Below are positions 47,165-57,470 of a stretch of DNA of 64,000 bases, piece after piece. The stretch is taken from assembly GCA_963717145.1 (NCBI GenBank), contig OY970325.1, positions 4,640,001-4,704,000 on the forward strand, given 5' to 3'. The number at the start of each line of letters is the position of its first letter. The stretch's first letter is position 1. The notes under the pieces were generated by a model, which did not search any database, had not been told where the DNA came from, and saw only the letters and a program-made list of their open reading frames with translations. This DNA is from an uncultured Armatimonadetes bacterium. Its GTDB lineage: Bacteria > Armatimonadota > UBA5829 > DTJY01. The translations under genes and the position numbers were made by a program.

Positions 47165-47406
47165 ACCGCCAGTGTAATCGTTTTCATTACCCCTTTACGA
47201 ACGCGGGCCGTTTGTGGTATCATGTCCTCCGGTTGATAGTCGTGCAAGCACCGTATGAGGAACGCCCCCCTTTCCGTGGAGGCAGTCCCGCGCCCGGAAC
47301 CGAACCTTATCGTCATTGCTATTGACTGATTCATTGTCGCCACGACGCGGGCATTTCGGGCCGCGTCGATTTATTGTGTCAGGCGGCAGAAGTTTACTAA
47401 AACAGA

Positions 47407-47554
47407 GAACACAGAGGCACAGAAGGAAGACGGAAACACAGAAGAGACTGACTGAGACATTAGACCTTAGACTTTGGGTCTGGAGTCTGAAGTCCAAGGT
47501 CTAATGTCTAACAGCAATCCGGTGTTTCCTCTCCCTTCCGTGCTTCCGTGTTCT
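47407..47554. repeat. Nested inverted-repeat element in the glmS leader
   Basis: Outer imperfect pair agaacacagaggcacagaagg / ccttccgtgcttccgtgttct; inner 20-bp arms at 47455-47474 and 47490-47509 with 1 mismatch. Confidence 0.65.
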
Positions 47555-47578
47555 AAGAAAGAACCGAGGGACATTTCA

Positions 47579-49400
47579 ATGTGTGGAATCGTTGGATTCG
47601 TAGGAAGCAGGAACTGCGTCGAGTCGCTGCTTGACCAGTTGTCGAAACTCGAGTACCGTGGATACGACTCAGCCGGCGTGGCCGTAGTAGATGGCGGCTC
47701 GCTCAATGTGGTTAAGTCGGTCGGCAAGATCAAGAACCTCAAGGCCATCACAGCCGACATGAAGGGTACGCTCGGGATATGTCACACCCGCTGGGCGACC
47801 CATGGAGCGCCTTCGACCCCCAATTCGCATCCCCATACGAGCTGCGACGGGAACATCGCGGTCGTTCACAACGGCATCGTCGAGAACTACCTCGACCTCA
47901 GGGCCGACCTGATCAAGCAGGGCCACGTCTTCAAGTCCGAGACCGACACAGAGGTCATCGCGCACCTGATCGAGAAGCACTTCAAGGGCGACCTCCTCGA
48001 GGCGGTTCGGAGCGCCGTCAAGGAGATCGAGGGATCGTATGCGATCGGCGTCATCAGCAAGGACAACCCGGGCGTATTCAGTTGCCGCGCGCAAGGACAG
48101 CCCGCTGATCCTGGGCGTCGGTGAGGGCGAGAACTACATCGCATCCGACATCCCCGCGCTGCTCGGCCACACGCGTTTCTTCAAGGTGCTCGAGGACGGC
48201 GACATGGCCGTGTTGACGAAGGACGGCATCACGCTGACCTCCGTGAGCGGCGCGCCGGTCGAGCGCGAGACACTCGAGATCACGTGGGACGCCGGAGCTG
48301 CCGAAAAGGGCGGCTACGAGCACTTCATGATCAAGGAGATCCACGAGCAGCCCGCCATCATCAAGGATGCCCTCCGCGGCCGGCTGACCGCCGACGATAC
48401 GGTCAACCTCGAGGAGATGAAGCTCACCCCCGAGCAGATTCGCAACTTCAACCGCATCTACATCGTAGCGTGCGGCACTGCATACTACGCCGGCTGCGTC
48501 GGCAAGTACTTCTTCGAGAAGGTACTCGGCGTCCCGGTGGAGGTCGATCTGGCGTCCGAGTTCCGATACCGAGGCCCGATCCTCGACGACAAGAGCCTGG
48601 TCATCGCGATCAGCCAGTCCGGTGAGACCGCCGACACCCTGGCCGCGATCCGCCTCGCCAAGAAGCACGGCTCGACCACCGCGACGGTCGTCAACGTCGT
48701 CGGAAGCTCGCTCTACCGGGAGTGCGACAGCATCCTTCACACGAAGGCCGGCCCTGAGATCTGCGTCGCCTCGACGAAGGCGTACATCACCCAGATCATC
48801 GGCCTCTACGTCATGGGCATCTTCCTGGCGCGCGCCAGGGGCACGATGACCGCCGAGATGGAGAAGGAATACGTACAGGAGCTTCGCAAGCTTCCCGAGC
48901 TGGCCGCCGAAGCCATGAAGACCGAGGAGCAGATCAAGGAGATCGCCAAAGCGCTCTCCAAGAAGGAGCATGCGTACTTCCTCGGACGCGGACTCGACTA
49001 TGCCGTCGGCCTCGAGGGCGCTCTGAAGCTCAAGGAGATATCATATATCCACGCGGAGGCCTACGCCGCTGGTGAGATGAAGCACGGCCCGCTCGCCCTG
49101 ATCACCAAGGACACGTGGATCATCGTTCCGGTGACTCAGGACCATGTCCGTGAGAAGACCATCTCGAACATCAAGGAGATGCAGGCCAGAGGCGCGACCA
49201 TCCTGGCGCTGCTCAAGGAAGGCGATCCCGACCTGAGCGAGGTAGTGGACTACGTCGTCTGGATCCCGAAGATGAACGACCTGTTCATGCCGGTGCCGAC
49301 GATGATCCCGCTGCAGTTGCTCTCGTACTGGACCTCCCAGATCCTCAACCGCGAGATCGACCAGCCGCGGAACCTCGCCAAGAGCGTGACTGTAGAGTAA
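47579..49400 (+). CDS. glmS: Glutamine-fructose-6-phosphate transaminase; +1 frameshift near 48080 (likely sequencing error)
   Basis: MCGIVG start, LEYRGYDSAG, HTRWATHG, SQSGETADT, C-terminal PRNLAKSVTVE. Confidence 0.95.
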
Positions 49401-49412
49401 GTGCGCTTTGTC

Positions 49413-49444
49413 GATGCCCTGACGACTCCCGTCGTCAGGGCATC
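49413..49444 (+). terminator. Hairpin after glmS
   Basis: gatgccctgacgac-tccc-gtcgtcagggcatc; no U-tail. Confidence 0.4.
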
Positions 49445-49447
49445 CGA

Positions 49448-49530
49448 TGAAACTCGTTGGGGATGGAGTTGGACTCCATCCCCGTTAAGCCTTGGGGGAT
49501 GGAGTCCAACTCCATCCCCAACGAGTTTCA
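49448..49530. repeat. Intergenic REPIN-like doublet, sister of 38236-38316
   Basis: Perfect 36-bp arms at 49448-49483 and 49495-49530. Confidence 0.9.
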
Positions 49531-49554
49531 GGGCAGATGGGGACACCGACTGCC

Positions 49555-50442
49555 ATGAACGCATTCCTGATCCTGAACCCTACCGCCGGTCAGAGGAAAC
49601 CCTCGGATACCCGCGAGCAGGTTGAGCGGGCGCTTCGCGAGTGCGCCCTGGAATGCGAGATCGCGACGACCGAGAAAGCCGGCGACGGCACGGACCTCGC
49701 TCGGAGGGCGGTTGCCTCGGGATGCGACCTGGTGATCGCCGCAGGTGGTGACGGCACCGTCAACGAAGTCGCGGCCGGCCTCATAGGAACCGGCGTCCCC
49801 CTCGGAATCCTCCCACTCGGCACTGTGAACGTCCTCGCCCGTCAGCTTCGAATTCCCATGAAGACCCGTCAAGCCGCTCGCACGATCGCTGAGGGCAACG
49901 TCAGGCAGATCGACATCGGGCGCGCGAATGATCGGTACTTCACGCTAATGGCGGGGTTCGGCTTCGATGCCGAGGTCGTGGGGAACGTCCTCCAGCCGCT
50001 GAAGGATGTGATCGGCGCATCGGCCTATGTCATCAAGACGCTGGAGATGCTGACCAAGTACGAGGCCACCGAGGTGACGCTCGAGATGCCTCAGGAGACG
50101 TACACCGGCAAGGCGTATCTCGTGGTCGTGGCGAACTCACCGACCTATGCGCATAAGATGAGAATGGCCCCGTATGCCTCGACGGACGATGGCCTGCTCG
50201 ACGTGATCGTGTTCGAGCAGGCAGCCACCAAACGCATCGGGTTCCTCCGCCAGATACTGGAGGTTTTCATCCGCAGGCACGTCTACCACCGCGCCGTCCG
50301 CTGCTTCAAGACTCCGAAGGTGACAGTGCGCTCGACGCCCGATGTAATGGTCCAACTCGACGGCGACTCACATGGCACGACTCCGACCGAGGTCTCGATC
50401 ATCCCTCACGGCCTCCCGATCATAGTTCCGGAGAGAGGATAG
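49555..50442 (+). CDS. Diacylglycerol kinase family lipid kinase (YegS/Rv2252-like)
   Basis: NPTAG, AGGDGTVNEV, LPLGTVN, GFDA and QLDGD motifs. Confidence 0.9.
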   Translation: MNAFLILNPTAGQRKPSDTREQVERALRECALECEIATTEKAGDGTDLARRAVASGCDLVIAAGGDGTVNEVAAGLIGTGVPLGILPLGTVNVLARQLRIPMKTRQAARTIAEGNVRQIDIGRANDRYFTLMAGFGFDAEVVGNVLQPLKDVIGASAYVIKTLEMLTKYEATEVTLEMPQETYTGKAYLVVVANSPTYAHKMRMAPYASTDDGLLDVIVFEQAATKRIGFLRQILEVFIRRHVYHRAVRCFKTPKVTVRSTPDVMVQLDGDSHGTTPTEVSIIPHGLPIIVPERG

Positions 50443-50457
50443 GCGATGTCGCTGATG

Positions 50458-50496
50458 CACTCCCACACTCCCACACTCCCATACTCTCACACTCCC
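50458..50496. repeat. Octamer tandem repeat (CACTCCCA)n
   Basis: Five units between convergent genes. Confidence 0.85.
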
Positions 50497-50498
50497 GC

Positions 50499-52553
50499 TT
50501 ACCGCTTCACCGCCGTTACGCTTCCGTCCATCGATGGCACGATCACCAGGTCTTTCCAGACCGTCGGCGATGCGAGCAGGTATCCGTTGCCGGTGGAGTA
50601 GGTCCATTCCTTCTTGCTGCTCTCCGCGTCGAAGCAGACGAGGTTCCCCCGCAGGCCCGAGACATAGAGCTTGCCGTCCGCAAATACCGGCCAGTTGTCG
50701 TAGCAGGTCTGGCCGATGGTGGTGCGCCATATCTCGCTGCCGTCCATCATCTTCATGCAGTAGAGATTGCCGCCGACGTCCGGGAGATAGAACCTGTCGC
50801 CGACGACAGTTGGGCTGTTGAAGATGGCAAGCGACTTCCCGCCCGGGTTCTTGCGCTTCCATACCTCGTGGCCGGTCTTTACGTCGATGCAGAAGACATC
50901 CGGCGCGCCCGGCTCAGGTCCCTGGTAGGCGGTCACTACGATGCGCTCGCCGTCCGTCGACGGATCGGAGTTCGATGGCGACCAGAAAAGGGTGTCGCCG
51001 GTCTTGTACTGCCACACGTCCTTGCCGGTCGTGGCATTGACGGCATGGAAATGGCCATCCCATGCGCCGAAGTAAACCACGCCGTTCATATAGATCGGCA
51101 CGGTCTGGCACATACGCTTCATCTCATAGCGCCAGGCCAGATCGCCGGTCTTCGCATCGATCGCGTAGAACGAACAGTCGCCGGAGCCGATGAAGACCTT
51201 GCCCTCGCCCACGGCCGGTGAGCCGACCACCGGGCCGCCGGTCTTGTACTCCCACGCCTGGTCGCCGGTATCCGCCTTGAGGGCGAGGATCTTCCCGTTC
51301 ACCGATCCCAGGTAGACAAGGCCATCTGCGACTGAGGGATAGCTGATCGTGTCCGCGCCGACATTCTTCTTCCAGACCTCTTTGCCCGTGCGCGCATCGA
51401 GGCAGTACACGTCCCCGCCCCAGCAGCCGAAGTAGAGCCTGTCTCCATCCGCCCGGATCGGACGCTCCACCGCGCCTGAGACGTTGATGTGCCAGACTTC
51501 CTTGTCGCCCGCCCCAATGCGAATCCACGCCGCGTCCGACCACTCCATGCCATCCTTGTCGGTCGCACGGACTGAGACCAGATGCCGGCCGGGTGTGCCG
51601 CTGAAGTCCGACTTCGCCTCGTAGATGCCGGACTTGCCAGGCTCAATGGGCTTGTAGTCGCCGTCGATAGCGTACTCCACCTTCTCCATCGGGGCACCTA
51701 CCCGCGCTCGAACCTGCACCTGGCCCTCTACGACAGCGCCGGTCTTCGGGCTGAGGAGGAGGACGGGATTGGCGGTCGGCTTGAGGGAGATGGTTCCATC
51801 GGCCTTCTTCTCGCCGCCCGTGATCTTCGTGTAGCTCCTGATCTCGTCGCCGGTGACCTCGAGAATCCGGTAGCCGCCGGGAGCATTCATGACGCCCTTG
51901 ACTTCCTGGAAGAGCACGCCGTTCTTCTTCCAGGTCTTGAAGTTGTGGCCGTGCCCCACGAGGATGAGCTTCACATTGTACGGCCTGATCGTGCGGAGAA
52001 GCTGGTCCTCGTTCGGTATGAATCCGGGCATGTGGTGATAGAAGAGCACCGAGGGGGTATCCTTGCCGGCCTTCTTCAGGTCGCTGTTCAGCCACGTGAG
52101 CATGTGCTGGTCGAGGATGCCGTAATGCTCCAGCCAGAGGGCGCTGTCCAGGCCGACGAAGTGCACGCCGCCATGATCGAAGCTGTAGTACGGGTCCTGG
52201 CCGAGGAACTTCGTGGGGCCGAACTTGCCCCAGTTCGACCACTTGGTCTCGTGGTTGCCGGAGACGTTGTAGACGGGGATGCCGAAGCTCTCCATCGCGG
52301 CCTTATAGTGCTGGAACTCCGCCTCGAAGCCGACCTCTACGAGATCGCCCGTACAGACGACCAGCGCCGGCTTTGGGTTCATCGCGTTTGTCTCGGAGGC
52401 GATGGCCTTCAGGTTGTCCGTGTACTTCCCTTGCGAGTTGACATGCACATCCGAGATGTGGATGAACGTGAACGGCTCAGCGGCAGTGGCACACACGCAC
52501 ATTGCCACGAGCGCGACGACAAACAATGCAGTCAGCCTGTTGTGCGATCGCAT
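50499..52553 (-). CDS. Secreted calcineurin-like metallophosphoesterase fused to a PQQ-like (BamB-type) beta-propeller
   Basis: SDVH, TGD, GNHE and GHGH motifs; repeated A.TG...W propeller blades. Confidence 0.85.
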   Translation of the reverse strand: MRSHNRLTALFVVALVAMCVCATAAEPFTFIHISDVHVNSQGKYTDNLKAIASETNAMNPKPALVVCTGDLVEVGFEAEFQHYKAAMESFGIPVYNVSGNHETKWSNWGKFGPTKFLGQDPYYSFDHGGVHFVGLDSALWLEHYGILDQHMLTWLNSDLKKAGKDTPSVLFYHHMPGFIPNEDQLLRTIRPYNVKLILVGHGHNFKTWKKNGVLFQEVKGVMNAPGGYRILEVTGDEIRSYTKITGGEKKADGTISLKPTANPVLLLSPKTGAVVEGQVQVRARVGAPMEKVEYAIDGDYKPIEPGKSGIYEAKSDFSGTPGRHLVSVRATDKDGMEWSDAAWIRIGAGDKEVWHINVSGAVERPIRADGDRLYFGCWGGDVYCLDARTGKEVWKKNVGADTISYPSVADGLVYLGSVNGKILALKADTGDQAWEYKTGGPVVGSPAVGEGKVFIGSGDCSFYAIDAKTGDLAWRYEMKRMCQTVPIYMNGVVYFGAWDGHFHAVNATTGKDVWQYKTGDTLFWSPSNSDPSTDGERIVVTAYQGPEPGAPDVFCIDVKTGHEVWKRKNPGGKSLAIFNSPTVVGDRFYLPDVGGNLYCMKMMDGSEIWRTTIGQTCYDNWPVFADGKLYVSGLRGNLVCFDAESSKKEWTYSTGNGYLLASPTVWKDLVIVPSMDGSVTAVKR

Positions 52554-52778
52554 GAATCTTCCCTTCCCACTATCTGATCGAGTTATCCCCTACCAGATAC
52601 GCATTCACTGACTGCCCATACCAATCCTCCGTCGTGCTGATCAGCAGGCGCTTATGACTTGAGTTACGTAAACTGTCAGCAACAAAAAGATGGTTAAACC
52701 GAGTCGGTTTTGCACAATAAGACAGTTGACTGACGCCCTTGGCCGCGAGGGATTGTACGTGAGAGGAGGAAGGTCGAA

Positions 52779-53726
52779 ATGAGATTAGCGACGAGATTGT
52801 GTACATTGGTTCTAGTCTTGCTGATTGGAGTGACGCCCGCGTGGTGCGCTCTGAGTCTGAATGCCACGATGCTGGTGGCGCCACCCGGCTATGATGTGCA
52901 TCCGACAGGGCTGAACATCAACGACCAGGCGTGTGGATACCTTACCGATGTTATGGGGGAACACACCGCCTTCATGTGGTCGAGCGCGACCGGAATGGTC
53001 CTGTTGGGAGACAGCCGGGCATACGGGATCAACAGGTTCAAGGCAGTTGTCGGAGAAACCATCTTCACGGATATCATTTCCGTATCCATCGCCACCGTCT
53101 GGACCAGAGGATCCCAAACCTGGCTAACCGACCAGCCGAGTGTGGCCAGGGCGATCTCGACCCTTGGCCAAGTGGCGGGTGAGTTGAACTCCATGCCCGT
53201 CCTGTGGGAATACCGGAACACGATACCGCTATTCCTGATCCCCGGCACCGGAAGCGCGAACGCTCTCAATGAGTACCGGGTCGTAGTCGGTGGGTTCAAC
53301 GGAGACGCGTTCAGATGGAAGAACGGCGTCGCAACGAACCTCGGCTTGGGAGAGGCCTTCGCCGTCGACAATCTGGGCAATATCGCCGGTATGGCGCTGG
53401 TTGGCTCGGTTGAGCGGCCGGCCCGATGGAAGGCCGGCACGTACACCAGGCTGCTCCTGGGAACGCTCGGCATATCCGGCAGGGTCTTGGCGATGAATAA
53501 TCGCAATTGCATGGTCGGGTATGGCGAGGACCTCCTGGGGGACAAGAGCGCGGCTCTCTGGATCGGTGGCGGACTCACGTCGCTGAACATGATCAGCGTG
53601 GGAGTGCCGGTGGGCTGGACGTTGACGAAGGCGGTTGCGATCAACGATCAGAGCAAGCTGCATATTCTCTGCGAAGCCGAGGATATCGGCGGCAATACCG
53701 CCGCATTCCTGCTCAAGCAGCCATAA
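52779..53726 (+). CDS. Secreted HAF-repeat-like beta-propeller protein
   Basis: Signal peptide; repeats of the form A.(G/A)IN..G.VVG..AF.W. Confidence 0.65.
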   Translation: MRLATRLCTLVLVLLIGVTPAWCALSLNATMLVAPPGYDVHPTGLNINDQACGYLTDVMGEHTAFMWSSATGMVLLGDSRAYGINRFKAVVGETIFTDIISVSIATVWTRGSQTWLTDQPSVARAISTLGQVAGELNSMPVLWEYRNTIPLFLIPGTGSANALNEYRVVVGGFNGDAFRWKNGVATNLGLGEAFAVDNLGNIAGMALVGSVERPARWKAGTYTRLLLGTLGISGRVLAMNNRNCMVGYGEDLLGDKSAALWIGGGLTSLNMISVGVPVGWTLTKAVAINDQSKLHILCEAEDIGGNTAAFLLKQP

Positions 53727-53744
53727 GGCAGGATATCAACAACA

Positions 53745-53848
53745 CGTAGGAGGGATTTTCCGGGATGGTTTGTGCCCGGTAATCCCGAAGGTCGGCGTAT
53801 GCGTTCGGGATTACCGGGCACAAACCATCCCGGAAAATCCCTCCTACG
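53745..53848. repeat. Perfect GTAG-ended inverted repeat, 45-bp arms, 14-nt loop
   Basis: Arms at 53745-53789 and 53804-53848, between convergent genes. Confidence 0.95.
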
Positions 53849-53852
53849 GTCG

Positions 53853-56800
53853 TTAGTTGCGCATCAGGTAATCCACCAGGTTCGCCGTGAACCGTTTCGC
53901 GAGTGGATCGTCCGCGAGGAGCATGCTGCTGATGATCAGCCGTCCCTCGCCGACCTTCATCTCGACCACCGGCCATGACGTGTACCTGGCGATCTGCTCT
54001 TTCCCCTGTCTGAGGTAGCTGTGCGGCTGAATGTGCTGGGCGAGCTTCGTGATCCCCGGCGCGTCCGGCATCTGGTACGACTTGGAACAGACCCTCACGA
54101 GTCCGCCCGGCGACGCGTTCCACCAGTGCATGTCCATCGGATCCATGCCTGACAGAAGGTCGGGCGCGTACACCTCGACGAAGTCGCCTGACGTGTCGAT
54201 CATCGTCCAGTCCTGACCGGTGATCGCCTTGATCGCCTCGACGTTCGGTTCGATCATCAGTACCTTCGCCCCGGACGCCAGGACGTTCTTGACCAGTTCC
54301 GGATTTCCGATCCCTGAGCCGACAACAAACAGGGCTCCTCTTCGACCAGCATCGCGGTCACATCCGGCGCCTGCTGGCATCCGATCCCGAGTTGCTGAAG
54401 ATACTGAGCGACCGGAAGGTCGACGCCGATCGTGTAGACAGTGCCCTTCCCCCGCTCATACCAATTGCTCGTCGTGCAGATCAGCGGATAGTCGTTCTTC
54501 GAGATCACCTCGTCGCCCTGAAGCAGTTGGAGTTCGAGCGTCATCGGCGCGCGCTCGGTATAGAGCTTCGCCGGGACGATGAACTCGACCGACTGCCTGC
54601 TCTTGCCGTCATACGCGCATCCGGGGAATGGGACCGAGCCGGATGTCCCCCAGTCGGGGCCCTTGCCGAAGATGTGCCACCTCATCGTCAGGTTGTCGAT
54701 CTTGGGCCGGTCCGGGTCATCGTTGACAACGACCACCTCGCCGGTGAACGTCTGGCCCGCCTCGAAATGCCGGTCGTGGAGCGCCAGGGACACGAGCACC
54801 GGCTGATGCGCCTTCTGCACTCCCCAGTAAGCAGGGTAGGGGGCAATCGTCTCGGCATTGTAGACGTCCTTGAACCAACAGCAGTTGGCGAAGAGCATCC
54901 ATCCCGAGAACACCTCGCGATCGCGGCGGATCTTCTCCGCGTACTCCTTGGTGATCTGCCCGTGGGTCTCGAGGAACATATCCGGCCGCTCGTTGAAGGT
55001 CCCGTACTTCCCGACCCACGCTTGCGGGACGACGTGATCGCGGATGTACGACTCGACCGGGTGGCCGGTGTCCTGGTCGGGGTAGCCGGTGGAAGCTTCC
55101 TGGCTGATGATCGGCCGAGTCCTGCCCTCCATGCCGCCCTCGATGTGCTGAGCGACGTCAATGTGGAATGGTGAGGCCGAGTACCAGCCGAAGTAGGCGT
55201 GCTTGTCGTCCACATCGCCGTCATCGAGGCCGTTCGGCTTCAGGATCGAGTCGTAGTCGCCCTGATCGCGGACGTACCCGGAGTGCAGGACGACCGGGGT
55301 CTTCGGATCAAGCTGCCTCGCGCCCTTGATGACATCGGAGAACCAGCGGTACTTCTCGGTCTGACGTTCCTTGTCAGGATCGCGGCCTCCTTCGAAGTAG
55401 CTCTCGTTGCTGATCGTCCAGAGCATCAGGCTTGGATGATTGCGATTGGCCTTGACGACCTCCCGGAATTCGTCCCTCCAGACCTCCATCAGCCTGGTGT
55501 CGGGGATCGGGTTGCTGCCCATCAGCACCCACGGCCACGTCTCGCCGACGCTGGTGCCGACGCCCTGCTTGTCGGCGGCGTCCATCCAGATCTTGCTCGG
55601 AGGGCACATGTGGAAGCGAGTCGCCATCTCGTTGCCGTCGTGCATGAGCTTCATGAACCTGTCCGCGAGCGGCTTGTCGTTCGGCATGAGTCCGTGCGGA
55701 GGCATGTCCGCGCCGCGGATGAAGTACGGCTTGCCGTTCAAGTAGAGGCGGTTGCCGTTAGCCCAAAAGACTTTGAACCCGACGGTGATGATCTTCCTGT
55801 CGACCACAATGCCATTAGCCAGCAGTTCCGTCTTCAGTCTGTAGAGATTCGGATGCTCCGGCGACCAGAGCTTCGGTGTGAGTCGCCCGGTGCTTGTCCA
55901 TACCGCCTTGGAGTTGACGGGAGTGCCCCTGGTATCGCGGTACAAGATGTGGGCGGTCGCGGCGTCGACGATCGTGTGCCTGACCTCAAGCTTGCCGCCG
56001 GACTTGCCGTCCACCGTCGTCTCGATCTCCGCTCCGTCGAGCCTCGATTTGAAGTAGATATCTGCGATGCGGTCCTTGCCCGTGACCTCGAGCGAGACCG
56101 GCTGCCAGATCCCCGCCATGCCGTTCTTGAACCACCCGTGCGGGAGGGAGTTCAGCATGTCCTTGGTGATATTGACCGTCACCGCCACCCCGACGCTGTC
56201 CTTCGCGAAGTTTGGGTCCGCCTTGCTCGATCCGACCATCACCGCGAGCAGGTTCTTCTCGCCGAATCGGACGTGAGGCGTCACCTCGACCTCGAACGGG
56301 CCGAACATCCCAACGTGCGAGCCGACCTTCTTCCCGTTCCAGTAGACCTCCGCCATGCTCGCGACAGCGTCGAACTTCAGCACGAGCCGCTTGCCCTTCA
56401 TCGAGGAGGGCACGTCGATCCATTGGCGATACCAGCCGCTTTCGGTCGTCTTGTAGTCGAAGGTGAAGTCCTCACAGCGCTCGATCTCCTTGCGGATGTA
56501 GTTGTGCGAGGTGCCGTTGGCGGTGGTGTAGATCCACCACTCGGTCGGGTTCCAGAACTGCGGAACTCCGAGCACGTGCCAGCCTTGATCAATGACGTTC
56601 GGATCCTCAGCCCATGATGCATTTCCTGGCATGAAGAGCCAGTCGCCGGTAAGATCGATCGTCTGCCGGGGAGTCTTCGCGTCCTCGATCACGACTGCCC
56701 TGTACGCCGCCCGCTGCCGCGAGTGCTTCTCTTCCTGATCGACCCTGGCTTTCTTTATGCCTGCGAGATAGGTCTGAACCGTCTGGTTGGCGAGATTCCA

Positions 56801-57352
56801 CTTCTGAGGTTCGGCCGATGCGGGAGTGATCGTGATCTCGTGGACCATGCAGTTCGGGTAGGCGCTCAGGCCTCCCATGAGCGTCACCGACGCCCTTCCG
56901 CCTCTGCTCGTGACCGGGATTGTCATCGCGCCCCTCTCGCCAGACCGCAGACGCATCGAGCCGAGCGCGGTCTCTCCCTCGATGAGCGGCGTGATGCCCG
57001 TCGAGAAACCGGTGTCCCATGCCGTGACGCTGAAGAGGTAGTTCCCGTCCGGGAGGGCGACGCTGAACGTCGCAGTCGTGATCGCGCGGTCGATGAGCGC
57101 GACGCCGGTGCATCCATCGCCCCGGTCGCGCGCCTGATCGCGGAGGTCCTGGTCCCATCCCAGGCCCTTCTCCGCCGAGTAGACCGATCCGTCGCTCACC
57201 AGCATCCCGTCCGGGACCTTGGTGCTCGAGGGCTGAAATCGGATGACAACTTTGCCGTCCGCCGCCAGCATCTGAGCGGGGGTATCCGCGAGACATGCGC
57301 CGGTCAGAAGCAGCAGTATCGAAAAAAGGGTGAGAATGCGCTCGATCCGCAT
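53853..57352 (-). CDS. Secreted GH2-family glycoside hydrolase; -1 frameshift near 54340
   Basis: IDLTGDWLF, LKFDAV, GIWQPV, LWSPEHPNLY and NHPSLMLWTISNES motifs; C-terminus lies in ORF 53853..54380. Confidence 0.8.
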
Positions 57353-57470
57353 GGTTCTGTCTCCTTGATGGGCCAATCAGTCCTTGCCCCTTGGGTTGCG
57401 CTCATTGTATACTAGCGACGTACCGTTGAGCAAGATGTAACCTCGATGCCGATCGACCGGAGACACCGAA

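Noticed and set aside
47223-47400. Canonical glmS ribozyme
   Set aside because: Core motifs were not found by eye on either strand; kept only as an unexplained leader.
48060-48100. Programmed frameshift or pseudogenisation of glmS
   Set aside because: No slippery site, a normally essential gene with intact motifs, and similar single-base indels at about 215, 15445, 40.9-41.6 kb and 54340 point to consensus errors.
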